Virus record (IMG/VR): IMGVR_UViG_2654588123_000001
Span: 8,932 to 72,931 of that record
Reading direction: 5' to 3' (one strand)
DNA length: 64,000 nt
Source of the DNA: a virus
Lineage: Duplodnaviria; Caudoviricetes
In this document: piece by piece, positions 46,771 through 56,674 of the stretch
How positions within the stretch are numbered: the first letter of the stretch is position 1
How the letters are laid out: each line of letters begins with the position of its first letter
Translations under genes and position numbers: made by a program
The notes under the pieces: generated by a model
Database searches by the model: none
Told to the model about the DNA's origin: nothing
Seen by the model: the letters and a program-made list of their open reading frames with translations, nothing else

Positions 46771-47045
46771 TTCAGCACCTCGGCTTCCGCCAGCAGGGCC
46801 GCATATTCCGTCGGGTCAACTTCTGACAGCTTTGCCGCACCATGTTTCTGCAACAGCGCTTTCACCTCTGCCGTGTGCCCCAGACGAGATTTGTCTGCCA
46901 GTACCGCCCGAACCTTTTCCAACGGAACCGCTTCAGCCGGTACCGTCGTTTCCGGTTTTCCGCCGGATACCGCTTTGGATAAGGCGAGCAGTGCGTTTCC
47001 GCACCTGGCCAGTTCTGCCGCCAGTTCTTTCATATCAGCCTCCAT
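46767..47045 (-). CDS. Conserved phage hypothetical protein
   Basis: LEKVRAVLADKSRLG...VKALLQKHGAAKLSEVDPTEYAALL. Confidence 0.85.
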   Translation of the reverse strand: MEADMKELAAELARCGNALLALSKAVSGGKPETTVPAEAVPLEKVRAVLADKSRLGHTAEVKALLQKHGAAKLSEVDPTEYAALLAEAEVLK

Positions 47046-47229
47046 CCTGCGTTCCCCCTTTCACAATCTCAACCTGTTCAACCTCGTCCGCTGGGGCCAG
47101 AACCAGGATCTTCTGCTCTACCCCGAACAGCCACCGGAGTACCTTCTCCCGCAGGCAGACCGGCTTCATGTTGATGATGCTGTCTGCCGGCGGGGTCTTG
47201 GCGATGGTAATCTTCAAATTTCCATTCAT
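47035..47229 (-). CDS. Conserved small phage protein
   Basis: LREKVLRWLFG...ILVLAP. Confidence 0.75.
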   Translation of the reverse strand: MNGNLKITIAKTPPADSIINMKPVCLREKVLRWLFGVEQKILVLAPADEVEQVEIVKGGTQDGG

Positions 47230-47310
47230 CGTGGCTACCTCACTTTCCGGAAACCATTATGTTTCAGTCTCCTACTAGGTAGCCTTTAGAAGGGTCAAAA
47301 GTTTAGGTTC

Positions 47311-47796
47311 TCAGAAAATATTTTTTATTTTTTTCTTTGCCGTTTCCAACCGCTGGCTGATTGCGCTCTTGGTAACGCCCTGGGCAGCTGCGTATTCGGT
47401 TACGCTGACACCGTCCAGGTAGACGGCAATCACCGCATCCGCCTGTAACGGGGGAAGCATTGTCCTTACCTTCTCCCTGACTTCTTCCTCTTCCCAGCGC
47501 TTTTCTTCCTCGGCGAAATGGTCATAGCCGTCGTTGATGCCCAGTCCGTTGTTGTAATCCTTCTCCCCCGGATCGTCCCTGGTTTCCGGATTGCCCCAAT
47601 GGCGATGGTGCTTGTGCCAGCTGTTGTAGTCCGGTCTGTTGAACTGTACGTCGAAGGCTTCCTGCACCTTCTTTTCCTTTTCTTCCTGCATCGCGCCGAT
47701 TACACTAATACCGAGACTTACCGTCAGCTGCGCCATTTCTTCTTCGTTGATTTCCAGATACTGCGCCTTGTTTTCGTACACAACTTTTAATCTCAT
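47311..47796 (-). CDS. Sigma-70 region 4-type regulator
   Basis: LPPLQADAVIAVYLDGVSVTEYAAAQGVTKSAISQRLETAKKK (HTH); start MRLKVV with GGAGG RBS. Confidence 0.8.
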   Translation of the reverse strand: MRLKVVYENKAQYLEINEEEMAQLTVSLGISVIGAMQEEKEKKVQEAFDVQFNRPDYNSWHKHHRHWGNPETRDDPGEKDYNNGLGINDGYDHFAEEEKRWEEEEVREKVRTMLPPLQADAVIAVYLDGVSVTEYAAAQGVTKSAISQRLETAKKKIKNIF

Positions 47797-47802
47797 TAAA
47801 AC

Positions 47803-47829
47803 GTCCTCCGTTCGTTTGGAACGGAGGAC
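47803..47829 (-). promoter_or_regulatory. RBS-sequestering hairpin of the sigma-like gene
   Basis: Perfect 11-bp stem GTCCTCCGTTC/GAACGGAGGAC containing the GGAGG Shine-Dalgarno. Confidence 0.65.
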
Positions 47830-48202
47830 TCTCGTCTGTACAGCGATAAATGGCATTAGTAACCTAACCGCAGTCCTGTCGGGGAACCCCCCGTTCCAGA
47901 AATGCAGCGTTTCTGCTCAACGAATCGCTGTTACGATATGTTTTTGTGACCGCTACCAGGTGTGAGCCATCGTTGATCAGGTGATGCACCTTGTAGCGGG
48001 TTCCCTGCGTAGGGATGTGTTTTGCTGTTCAGCTTAAATCATTGGGTCTTTAGTAATATCTGCCGTCCTGCTTAACCCGGGAACTTTCACAGGGCGGTAT
48101 GCTTTATCCGAAGGATTAACCTTCTTCACTCATAGAATACGACATAAATTAGTATTGCCATCCTACTCTTGGAGTCGGGTCAAAAACGGCTGAAAACAGG
48201 CA

Positions 48203-48243
48203 AAAAAATAACCGTACCGAGGTTTTTAGCCTCGATACGGTAA
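48203..48243 (-). terminator. Terminator after the HExxH-HTH regulator
   Basis: ACCGTATCGAGGCTAAAAACCTCGGTACGGTTATTTTTTT. Confidence 0.65.
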
Positions 48244-48276
48244 AAAATCCGACTCGCTGGGTAGGATTGGTCAATA

Positions 48277-50160
48277 TTAAATTATAAAAACATTATGGTT
48301 ATTGAGAAATTTTTTAATGGAAGCCATTGATTGTCCTGACATAGTCTGCAATGCCACGTCTATCCAGATATGGTCTTTATTTCTATACAACAGCTCACAG
48401 GGTGAATATTGAAAGATATGGCTACTCAATTTATATGGTAGTTTCATTCCCAAACAGATAAGCGCCAGGGATTCAACCGCAGGGTCGTTTTTGCCGTTGA
48501 TAATGCGGCTGACTACGTCAGGGTGCATTCCAATATTTATTGCCAGCTCTTTATAACTCAACCCGCTGTCCTTATATGCTTTCTGAAGGCAATCTACATA
48601 ATCAGTTGAAAAAGATTTATACAGATTGGCATACCGATACACCTGCTCTTCCAGGATTTTCTTCTGACGTTCCGGTGGTGAAAACTGCAGTCCATCCGTA
48701 TACGCAATGTTAAGGATGACTCTCGCATCTTTGTCTTTGTTCAGGTAACAGACGGTGTAATATTCATTATCGTCACAGCCTTCAACGGTCATATCAAACG
48801 CAAGACAGCATTCGTCCATATGGTTCCGGGCATAATCCGTAAGGACGGTCATGCCCGTTTCATCGATGCAAACATATTTACCAAATGCCAGTACAAGATG
48901 GGAATCAACATAAAGATACGTGCCGTCCGATACTATTTCCTTTAGTTTCGGATTGCTTACTAACTGCCGCGCCAGGTCTTCTGCTCCGATGGTGAATGTC
49001 TGGTTTGGTTTCAGGGAACCTTTTTTAAAGCGATGCGTTGCCACATAATGGTCATCAACCCAGTTAAAGGCACCTATCGCTTCTTCACAACCTGCATCCA
49101 CCATACGGATTTTAGCAGCAAGCCTGGATACATGAAAATCAATGGCAAGGGCGTCAATGACAGGCTGAATAATATCAATGAGGTCTGTCTTGCCGGTTCT
49201 TTCCCGGTACTCCCGAATCCATTTTATGGCCCTTGTCTTAAACGCGCCCATCGGCATCTGAATTCTTGGGGTCAGGGAATTTGCCTGCCGTTCCATTATG
49301 TCGACCGCATGGCTGTCACGTCCTTTAACACCACCGACAACCCTGCAGCCAATCATACTGACATCATTATTACAGAGCCGGTCCAGTTCAAATGCTTTCC
49401 TGTGAAAATCCCAATGAACGCACTCATGAATAATAGTGTTGTTGACCTTACCAAGATTATAGAGGAAATATGTCTGCGGATCCACAAGAATTGTCCGTGC
49501 CGGAACATGAATCGTTTCCATTTCACCGGTATCATCATTATACAATTCGGCATCGCAGTCCCGGAAATAAACCTGCCCGAATATGCTGCAGTCTTCGGTA
49601 ATGGATCTTTGGACAACGGTCAGTCCCATGCTTTTGGCGACTTCTATAGGATCAATATATCCGGGCTGGGCAAGTCCTTTCGGATAATGCCGTTTCAGAA
49701 AATCCATTGCTGCCTGTTCACATTCGTCCCTGTAAATTACCGGAACTAGACTATCATACAGTTTCCTCTTGTATTTATCCTTTGAATTATAAATGTCGAT
49801 ACCATTAACAGAGAAATCGGCCAAGTCCTTATCCAAATCACCCGTACAGCGAAGTACAAACCATTGCTGCGGAAATTCAACATTATCGTAATGGTGGTCA
49901 CCTTCGCAGACTTTGACATGCGCTTCAACACGGATATCAAAGCCAACCTTGCTGCCCGGAAGGTCATAGGCATCAACACGCAATACCTTCGTATCATAAA
50001 GTTCAACATCGCCTACTCTTCGTATTCTGCGTAACCGCAGGCGAAGGCGGTCAAAATCGTTATTTCTTGCATTTTCAACATGGGCTGCCAAAGAGTTGAA
50101 AATTGCATTGTCAAACCGTTTGGAAACGTATTCTTGAAATGAAAGATTACTTTTTGTCAT
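48277..50160 (-). CDS. ImmA/IrrE-like HExxH metallopeptidase fused to a C-terminal XRE HTH
   Basis: NTIIHECVHW...MERQANSL; C-terminal SGLSYKELAINIGMHPDVVSRIING. Confidence 0.8.
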   Translation of the reverse strand: MTKSNLSFQEYVSKRFDNAIFNSLAAHVENARNNDFDRLRLRLRRIRRVGDVELYDTKVLRVDAYDLPGSKVGFDIRVEAHVKVCEGDHHYDNVEFPQQWFVLRCTGDLDKDLADFSVNGIDIYNSKDKYKRKLYDSLVPVIYRDECEQAAMDFLKRHYPKGLAQPGYIDPIEVAKSMGLTVVQRSITEDCSIFGQVYFRDCDAELYNDDTGEMETIHVPARTILVDPQTYFLYNLGKVNNTIIHECVHWDFHRKAFELDRLCNNDVSMIGCRVVGGVKGRDSHAVDIMERQANSLTPRIQMPMGAFKTRAIKWIREYRERTGKTDLIDIIQPVIDALAIDFHVSRLAAKIRMVDAGCEEAIGAFNWVDDHYVATHRFKKGSLKPNQTFTIGAEDLARQLVSNPKLKEIVSDGTYLYVDSHLVLAFGKYVCIDETGMTVLTDYARNHMDECCLAFDMTVEGCDDNEYYTVCYLNKDKDARVILNIAYTDGLQFSPPERQKKILEEQVYRYANLYKSFSTDYVDCLQKAYKDSGLSYKELAINIGMHPDVVSRIINGKNDPAVESLALICLGMKLPYKLSSHIFQYSPCELLYRNKDHIWIDVALQTMSGQSMASIKKFLNNHNVFII

Positions 50161-50344
50161 CCATACCTCCCATCAAAAAAGAAAATTGTAATAGAACAAA
50201 CATTCTACTATAATTATATCATATTGGCTATTCAGATGAAAGTTATCCACAGAAAACAGAAGAATGTAAATGTAATAAGAACTTGTAGTTTTGATAGGCC
50301 ATTTTTTGTTATAATGTAAAAAAGTGCGACAGGAGAACACCACT

Positions 50345-50992
50345 ATGGCAGAAGTGCAAATCCTTAATTCCCAGCACCCCGCCATCCAGTATCTCTGCAA
50401 AAAGGACAAGAGGCTGGCAAAGCTGATAGATATGGTTGGCGAAATTGAATACAGAACCCAGCCTGACTGCTTCGCCCGGTTGGTACGCTCCATCATCAAT
50501 CAAATGCTGTCCAACAAAGCCGCCCATGTCATCGGCGGCAGGGTTGCCGCTCTTTGTGGTGGATCCATAACGCCGGAGAATCTTTTGAAACTTGACAGGG
50601 AACAATTACGGGGTGCCGGTCTTTCATATGCGAAAGCCGATAATGTTTTGGGCATAGCAAAAGCCGCTACAGACGGCAGCCTCGACTTCTCCAACTTCCC
50701 TACAATGTCGGATGATGAAGTGATGAAGGAACTGACGCACCTGCGCGGCATCGGTACCTGGTCAGCAAAGATGTTTTTAATTTTTACACTGAATCGGATG
50801 GATGTCCTTCCCTACGAGGATGTGGCCTTTCTGCAGACATACGCATGGTTATACAAAACGAAAGATTTGCAGCCGGCGTCCATTATAAAACGATGCAAAA
50901 AATGGAAACCATACAGCTCCATCGCTGCCCGGTATTTCTACTACGCTTTGGATATGGGATTTACCAAGAAAGCGTTTCATTTTATGAAGTAA
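50345..50992 (+). CDS. alkA: DNA-3-methyladenine glycosylase II (AlkA-like, HhH-GPD)
   Basis: IINQMLS.KAA, GAGLSYAKA, LTHLRGIGTWSAKMFLIFTLNRMDVLP.ED, WKPYSSIAARY. Confidence 0.85.
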   Translation: MAEVQILNSQHPAIQYLCKKDKRLAKLIDMVGEIEYRTQPDCFARLVRSIINQMLSNKAAHVIGGRVAALCGGSITPENLLKLDREQLRGAGLSYAKADNVLGIAKAATDGSLDFSNFPTMSDDEVMKELTHLRGIGTWSAKMFLIFTLNRMDVLPYEDVAFLQTYAWLYKTKDLQPASIIKRCKKWKPYSSIAARYFYYALDMGFTKKAFHFMK

Positions 50993-51023
50993 GTTGCTCC
51001 CCCCAGAATCAGTTGTGTCATAG

Positions 51024-52469
51024 TTACAAATCAAGGCCTTCAGGATTCAGTTTCATTTCAGCTAAATATAATCGGAATGCCATCTGAGCAGGAATCAGTC
51101 TGACCTGAATTCTTTGTAGGTCTAAATTGTCTAACATTTGTAAAGACACTGCACCCTTATTAATCACCCTATCTCCATCGGTAGGCATTAGAAAGCAGTT
51201 CCTAACGTACGCAAACTGATGATCCTTTATGAACTTTTGATAGGCAAGTTGATATAAATACTGTTTTGTGACTGATTCAATACCAGGGTGTGCCCTTGGT
51301 TGAACGCCTGGCTCAAGCAAAGCATTATAATACTTTGCGTCAAATATAACGAAAATCTTCTTGTCGTCCTTTTCCACAATAGTTATCAAGTCTGGTATAA
51401 GTGTATCTACAGAAGTCTTTCCCGTTATAGTCCATAAAGGCCTCTCTATTAAATCTATTAGTTTCGAGCTTGGATAATATTCTGGTCTTAAGGGAACCGG
51501 TAACCGCAAAGATGATAAGGGAGCATCTAGTTTGTTGTCCAATATATCCGCACATACCCTCTCCCAAACAAGGCTAAAACTATTAGTGCCAAACATAGAC
51601 AAACAATCTGTATCATACAAACTCCCACTATGAGCAATGTAAGCATAAATAGTTTTAAGCAGGATTTGTTTTCGTGTATTGAACTGAATGTTCAGCTCTT
51701 TTTCGATTCTGCTTAAAATATAGTCTCTATCGCCAAAATCATCTAAGAGCTCATCCGAAAGATTAACTTCTGTAATTTCAAATATTTCCAACAAATCAGC
51801 TTGACGAAGTTCTTTTGATGCAGTAGTCAAAATGCATTCATGCAGTCGCTTAAAGTAATCGTAATTATCTTCAATACGCTTTTTTGTCTGCAGATCAATA
51901 TAATATGGTCGATTATCACTCAAAAACATAAACGTCTCGTTTATGGTTTTATCCCAAAGTATTTCTCCTGATCCATTGTGTTGTACAATATCTTCAGTAT
52001 TTGTATAGGAACCATTTTCATAGTAATCGGTCAGAAAAAACAAAAGCACCGCCAAAAGATTAAATGCATGATCCACGCTTGAGTTATTAAACACTCTAAC
52101 GATTTGTTCTTTTTTATTAAACTTTTGAAGAACCTTTATAATCTGGTGAAGCTCTTTCTTCGGTTCGGAATTATGAAGCAAATACTTGGGATAACACTTT
52201 AAAACACGACCAGCCACTGTAATAACCCCAACAAAGGTTAATACATACAAGTATTCGTCTTCACCGGTTTCAACATCAGCAACCTCAATATCTTCTTCAA
52301 GAAGTTCCGACATACTTCTTTGCGTGTCGGTAGCTCTTACAGCTTTAAAAACACCAAATTCTTTTAGCTTTCGGATTATAGGGACAACCTTTTCTTCAGA
52401 ACATTCAAATATTGCACAAAGTTCCCTTTGCGAATATCTTTTTTGCTCACGTAGAAACTTAGAAATCAT
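51024..52469 (-). CDS. LlaJI-family (McrC-like) restriction endonuclease subunit
   Basis: GEILWDKTINE, FSLVWERVC, TLIPDL...IFDAKYY, VTKQYLYQLAY. Confidence 0.88.
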   Translation of the reverse strand: MISKFLREQKRYSQRELCAIFECSEEKVVPIIRKLKEFGVFKAVRATDTQRSMSELLEEDIEVADVETGEDEYLYVLTFVGVITVAGRVLKCYPKYLLHNSEPKKELHQIIKVLQKFNKKEQIVRVFNNSSVDHAFNLLAVLLFFLTDYYENGSYTNTEDIVQHNGSGEILWDKTINETFMFLSDNRPYYIDLQTKKRIEDNYDYFKRLHECILTTASKELRQADLLEIFEITEVNLSDELLDDFGDRDYILSRIEKELNIQFNTRKQILLKTIYAYIAHSGSLYDTDCLSMFGTNSFSLVWERVCADILDNKLDAPLSSLRLPVPLRPEYYPSSKLIDLIERPLWTITGKTSVDTLIPDLITIVEKDDKKIFVIFDAKYYNALLEPGVQPRAHPGIESVTKQYLYQLAYQKFIKDHQFAYVRNCFLMPTDGDRVINKGAVSLQMLDNLDLQRIQVRLIPAQMAFRLYLAEMKLNPEGLDL

Positions 52470-54694
52470 TGTTTCTCCCTTTCATCAGGTATAGTCGCAT
52501 TGACAGCAGAACTAATTTCTGTGCAGAAAGCAAATATACCCTTTGTTTCAAATGCCCTGCAAACTTCTGAGTATTTAGTCGAATCCACATCTTCAGCAAA
52601 CAAGGAGGAACGCTTTTGCTTTCCTGCATCATCAAACAAATACATTAGAACTTTGTTTTTGAAAGCATTGATAAAAATCTCTGGTATTATTTCAGAATCC
52701 TGTGGAACAACTTTACGCGAGAGGAAGTACGGCCCGAGTAGTTTGTCTTCATTGATTCTAAAACTACTTAGGCATTCATTAATTGCCCTTCTAAAACTAT
52801 TCCATTCAACAATACGAGCATTGTCGTTTTTCCCTAGGGTTACTGTCTTACCGGCAATCCCGCCCTCTCCATCATTGATTCCTATATAAGTAAAATCCCA
52901 TCTCCGCTTGAATGCTGTATCCATAGGGAATACACCCTGATCCGCACTATTCATCGTTGCCCACAAAAACATATTGTTTGGAATGCGTATTTTACTGAAA
53001 TCTTCTTTATCACCCCCGAGTTCTTTCGCGAGGTATTTTTTCATATCTTCTGTCGCCTGAATCGGATACTCACTGACATTATCGTCATCTCTATCGAGTA
53101 ACTGAAAAATATCACCAAAAACCGCTGCAACATTCGCACGATTGATTTCTTCAATAATGAGCAGAAATGGACGAACGTTAGCCGTTCTGCCATTTCTCAG
53201 GGCGTTTACATAAACACGCATGAAGGGACCGGGTACATACTCATAAGTAATCACATCACCAGCAGGTACCGGTTTATATGTGCCAACAAAATTTGCATAT
53301 GCATAATCCGGATGGAACGTTACACGCTCATAATCAGCCTCATTATTTTCACCTAACAATTTTATTCGCTCAGAATTTAGCAAATAACTCTTTCCAGTGC
53401 CAGGAGCGCCAAACAAAATCCTGTTAAGCTCGAAGTCCGTTTTTAGATTTGTCTTATAAACTACAGTACTTTGATCCGTCATACTGTTTTGGATTCCTTC
53501 TGTTGATAAAGCATCAAAATATTTTTTATATAAAAACAGACGATTTGCCCCTTTTGTCAATTCATAGCAGGTAGTCAACTGACCCTCCGACTCTGGCAGT
53601 TTTTCTCCATCAGTAAACTTCATTTTCCAAGAGCCCCGCCTACAATGCGCCATGTGTTCAGAATCATCATAGAAATATGGACTTATAGCGTCTACCATAG
53701 CTATAAGTTTTTCACCATCCATAACGACAAATATATCGGTATTAGCTGCTTCATAGAATCTTTTCATTTCACCCGCTTTTCGAGAAGCGGTTTTTTTATC
53801 CATGCTTGGGTATAGAGAAGCAAGCTTCGTGGCTAATTCTTTTTTGTCAATAGAACCATTCTTAAGGTACTCAACTAAATCATCCGTTTCGTTCCATCCA
53901 ATAGCCACAAGTCCTTTGCTACGCCATTCATCAGCATAATTTCCTGAATCATCCGAGGAGCCTAACCTATAGAAATGTCTAACATTGCCAAACATTTTAT
54001 AACACACCTCACCAAAATGAGGAGCTGGCAATTCTGTATGTTTACGAATGAGATTTAGCTGACCGTTCTTGACGTATTGTTTGTCTTCAGGCTTTATACC
54101 AAAGGCAAGGAGGTAATGATCAATCCAGGAGGAAACATACCAACTGACAAATTTGTCTGGGAAAATCATATGAAAATATTTTTGAACCCACGCAAAACCA
54201 GAAATTTTTCCCATTATTTCGTTCAGAGATTTGTCCAAGGCAGCATATTCCTCAATAGATACAAGATTACTTTTACCAATTAAATCGCATCCAGCAATCA
54301 CTGAATCTCTAATCTGCTTGCCTAGCCTCAGAGCATCCTCCTCCGAAAGCACTTCTGGACTAGAGGGAGCACCAGTTACCCACTGATTGTCTTCCTGTCG
54401 CTGAAATAGTCCATATTTAAAAGAGGACCCTCCTGATATACTGCCAAAATAACTTTTAATCTTAGAATCGAATTCAAGATAATAGCAGAGGCTTGTATTA
54501 TCTCCTTCTACAGACAGAAACATACTTCTCAAAAGCTCTGCATCAGGCAATGCTTTCAATTGCTCAGGACCAAATCTTTCTTGAAATGACTTGTACGCCT
54601 GTTGTATATCTTCTATTGATGCCGAAAAGGAAAAGTGAGTTAATTTTATATAATTTCTTACTGTTTCTGCTGCTTTTACATACAAGTCTTCCAT
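52466..54694 (-). CDS. McrB-like AAA+ GTPase restriction subunit
   Basis: ILFGAPGTGKSY, VTFHPDY.Y..FVG, IIEEINRAN, TMNSAD, DTAFKRRW. Confidence 0.92.
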   Translation of the reverse strand: MEDLYVKAAETVRNYIKLTHFSFSASIEDIQQAYKSFQERFGPEQLKALPDAELLRSMFLSVEGDNTSLCYYLEFDSKIKSYFGSISGGSSFKYGLFQRQEDNQWVTGAPSSPEVLSEEDALRLGKQIRDSVIAGCDLIGKSNLVSIEEYAALDKSLNEIMGKISGFAWVQKYFHMIFPDKFVSWYVSSWIDHYLLAFGIKPEDKQYVKNGQLNLIRKHTELPAPHFGEVCYKMFGNVRHFYRLGSSDDSGNYADEWRSKGLVAIGWNETDDLVEYLKNGSIDKKELATKLASLYPSMDKKTASRKAGEMKRFYEAANTDIFVVMDGEKLIAMVDAISPYFYDDSEHMAHCRRGSWKMKFTDGEKLPESEGQLTTCYELTKGANRLFLYKKYFDALSTEGIQNSMTDQSTVVYKTNLKTDFELNRILFGAPGTGKSYLLNSERIKLLGENNEADYERVTFHPDYAYANFVGTYKPVPAGDVITYEYVPGPFMRVYVNALRNGRTANVRPFLLIIEEINRANVAAVFGDIFQLLDRDDDNVSEYPIQATEDMKKYLAKELGGDKEDFSKIRIPNNMFLWATMNSADQGVFPMDTAFKRRWDFTYIGINDGEGGIAGKTVTLGKNDNARIVEWNSFRRAINECLSSFRINEDKLLGPYFLSRKVVPQDSEIIPEIFINAFKNKVLMYLFDDAGKQKRSSLFAEDVDSTKYSEVCRAFETKGIFAFCTEISSAVNATIPDEREKQ

Positions 54695-54710
54695 AAATAA
54701 TTCCCCTCTC

Positions 54711-55616
54711 TTATAATTTGATAATCCAGTCTGTGTTATGATCAAAGTCCCCATAGAAATCAAACCAATCCTTTTTAAAGCTATCCTTTTTAAAGAACCA
54801 GAATGTCTGCGAATTACACATCTGTTTGCATATATCACCAATTAGACTGGCACTTCTAATAGAAACGCTTGATAGAGTAATAACATTGCCATTAGTATTA
54901 AGTTTAAATAAAGGAGTTTGATTCATTATTTTAAGCCAATCAGACATATTCCTTCTCGCCCGGGTAAGCGCAGGAAGATCTTCTCCTGCATGACGACTTT
55001 GTAGTATACATGCACAGCAAGCTTTTAAATCCGTATGCTTCAAGCAGCGCACGACGTACCTCTGCATTTCATCGAGAGACAATACCGCTTGTTCACCTCT
55101 CTGCCACAGCTCATACAATATTTGCCAAACCATCACAGCCGGTCTAATAAGAATTCCACACTCTTCCTGCATCTCAGTAAATGTATCAAAATTGAATTCG
55201 CGCCCGTAGCTTTCTTTCAATGACGGGCTTAACTGCGACTTGTGACCATTAGGATACTGGTATCTCAAAACCTGTAAAGCAATCATCTCTTCGTAAGATA
55301 TTCGATGCGACAAATAAGCCATTGCAACAGGAGTTAATCTGATAACCTTCGAGATACGCGTGGAGTAAATCATGCCAAATTCACTCAAGATTTGCTGATA
55401 ATCTCTCCAAGCATCAACTTGGTTGCTGTCAGCCCGTACATTCATAGTTAGAATCCCATTTTGAACCAAATATTCGTTGATGATTTCTGCTTTAACCTCT
55501 TCACTATTGCAAAGAAGGCAAGCATTTAGCAAACCATCCACAACATCTTTGGAAAGTACCCCTGCGTGTTGTGTTATCGGCCAAGAGAGGCCATCATAAG
55601 GAATATCAGGATACAT
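54711..55616 (-). CDS. Third RM subunit (probable DNA-recognition protein)
   Basis: In-operon between the MTases and McrB; LRYQYPN...GILIRP resembles winged-helix recognition domains of type IIS enzymes; no clear catalytic motif. Confidence 0.55.
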   Translation of the reverse strand: MYPDIPYDGLSWPITQHAGVLSKDVVDGLLNACLLCNSEEVKAEIINEYLVQNGILTMNVRADSNQVDAWRDYQQILSEFGMIYSTRISKVIRLTPVAMAYLSHRISYEEMIALQVLRYQYPNGHKSQLSPSLKESYGREFNFDTFTEMQEECGILIRPAVMVWQILYELWQRGEQAVLSLDEMQRYVVRCLKHTDLKACCACILQSRHAGEDLPALTRARRNMSDWLKIMNQTPLFKLNTNGNVITLSSVSIRSASLIGDICKQMCNSQTFWFFKKDSFKKDWFDFYGDFDHNTDWIIKL

Positions 55617-56655
55617 TTTGCTCCTCCAAAACTTTTCCTATTGCAGTCAGAATTTCGTAAGCTAACAACGGTGGAACTGCATTTCCCACTTGACGATACT
55701 GCTCTGTCCTCGACCCCAAAAAAACATACCAATCAGGAAAACTTTGCAAACGAGCAGTTTCTCTCACAGTTAAAGCTCTTGGCTCATATGGATGAATAAA
55801 CGGTCTTGCTCCACCAGCTGATGATCCAATCATAACTGTACCAGACGGCATTTCCGGCCTTAATTTATCTGAATAAGAGCCCCTATCTCTTCCACCTTGC
55901 GGAACTGCAGCAAACCGTTTCTTAACAGTTTCTGTATGAACTCTTATCACCTGGTTCGGTAATTCCTTTATGTTTTCTAAGGCATACTTGCTTGGCATTT
56001 TATCTGTCAGTTGATTTTGATATACACCCGTCGCTTTTTCCGGAAAAGCAAAAGAATCGCAATACACATCAGGCCTAAAACCCACTATGAAGATTCTTTC
56101 TCTTTCTTGTGGGATGCCAAAGTCGGCAGCATTTAGTTTGGTCTTAAAAATCTGGTATCCCGTTTCTTTTTCAATAAACGCAAGCAGGTTGCTAAAATCC
56201 TTTCCATGATTCACGGTCATTAAGCCCGGAACATTTTCAAACAAAAACGCTTTTGGTCTTAAGCCAGAAACAAGCTGAAAATATTTAATTGTCAATCTTC
56301 CTCTCGGGTCGTCCAAAGATTTCCGTTTCCCCATGATGCTGAATGCCTGACAGGGAGGACCCGCAATAATTAAATCTATATCCCCATCAATATTTGATAA
56401 AGACCTGATTTTTTCTGGTGTCAACTCCATCGCATCATCGTTATAAGCAAAAACATGAGGTAAGTTCGCTTTTATAGTATCTGTATACGCCGGAATAATA
56501 TCACTTACCAAATGTGTCTTAAATCCAGCAAAGTGGGCACCAAGATCCAACCCCCCGCCCCCGCTGAATAAGCTGATACAGTTAAATTTATACTGTACCT
56601 TTTTACCAAATGAATTTAATCTTTGAAGATATATGTTTGTCTTATCCGTAGCCAA
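55606..56655 (-). CDS. DNA (cytosine-5)-methyltransferase M2
   Basis: LFSGGGG, GPPCQAFS, ENVPG, QERERIF, RLQSFP, GNAVP. Confidence 0.95.
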   Translation of the reverse strand: MATDKTNIYLQRLNSFGKKVQYKFNCISLFSGGGGLDLGAHFAGFKTHLVSDIIPAYTDTIKANLPHVFAYNDDAMELTPEKIRSLSNIDGDIDLIIAGPPCQAFSIMGKRKSLDDPRGRLTIKYFQLVSGLRPKAFLFENVPGLMTVNHGKDFSNLLAFIEKETGYQIFKTKLNAADFGIPQERERIFIVGFRPDVYCDSFAFPEKATGVYQNQLTDKMPSKYALENIKELPNQVIRVHTETVKKRFAAVPQGGRDRGSYSDKLRPEMPSGTVMIGSSAGGARPFIHPYEPRALTVRETARLQSFPDWYVFLGSRTEQYRQVGNAVPPLLAYEILTAIGKVLEEQNVS

Positions 56656-56674
56656 AATACTCTCTCCTTAATTA

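Noticed and set aside
25-49749. Numerous plus-strand ORFs antisense to phage genes (e.g. 25..648, 21884..22924, 45922..46722)
   Set aside because: Shadow ORFs of GC-rich coding strands; no motifs or RBS, and they fully overlap well-supported minus-strand genes
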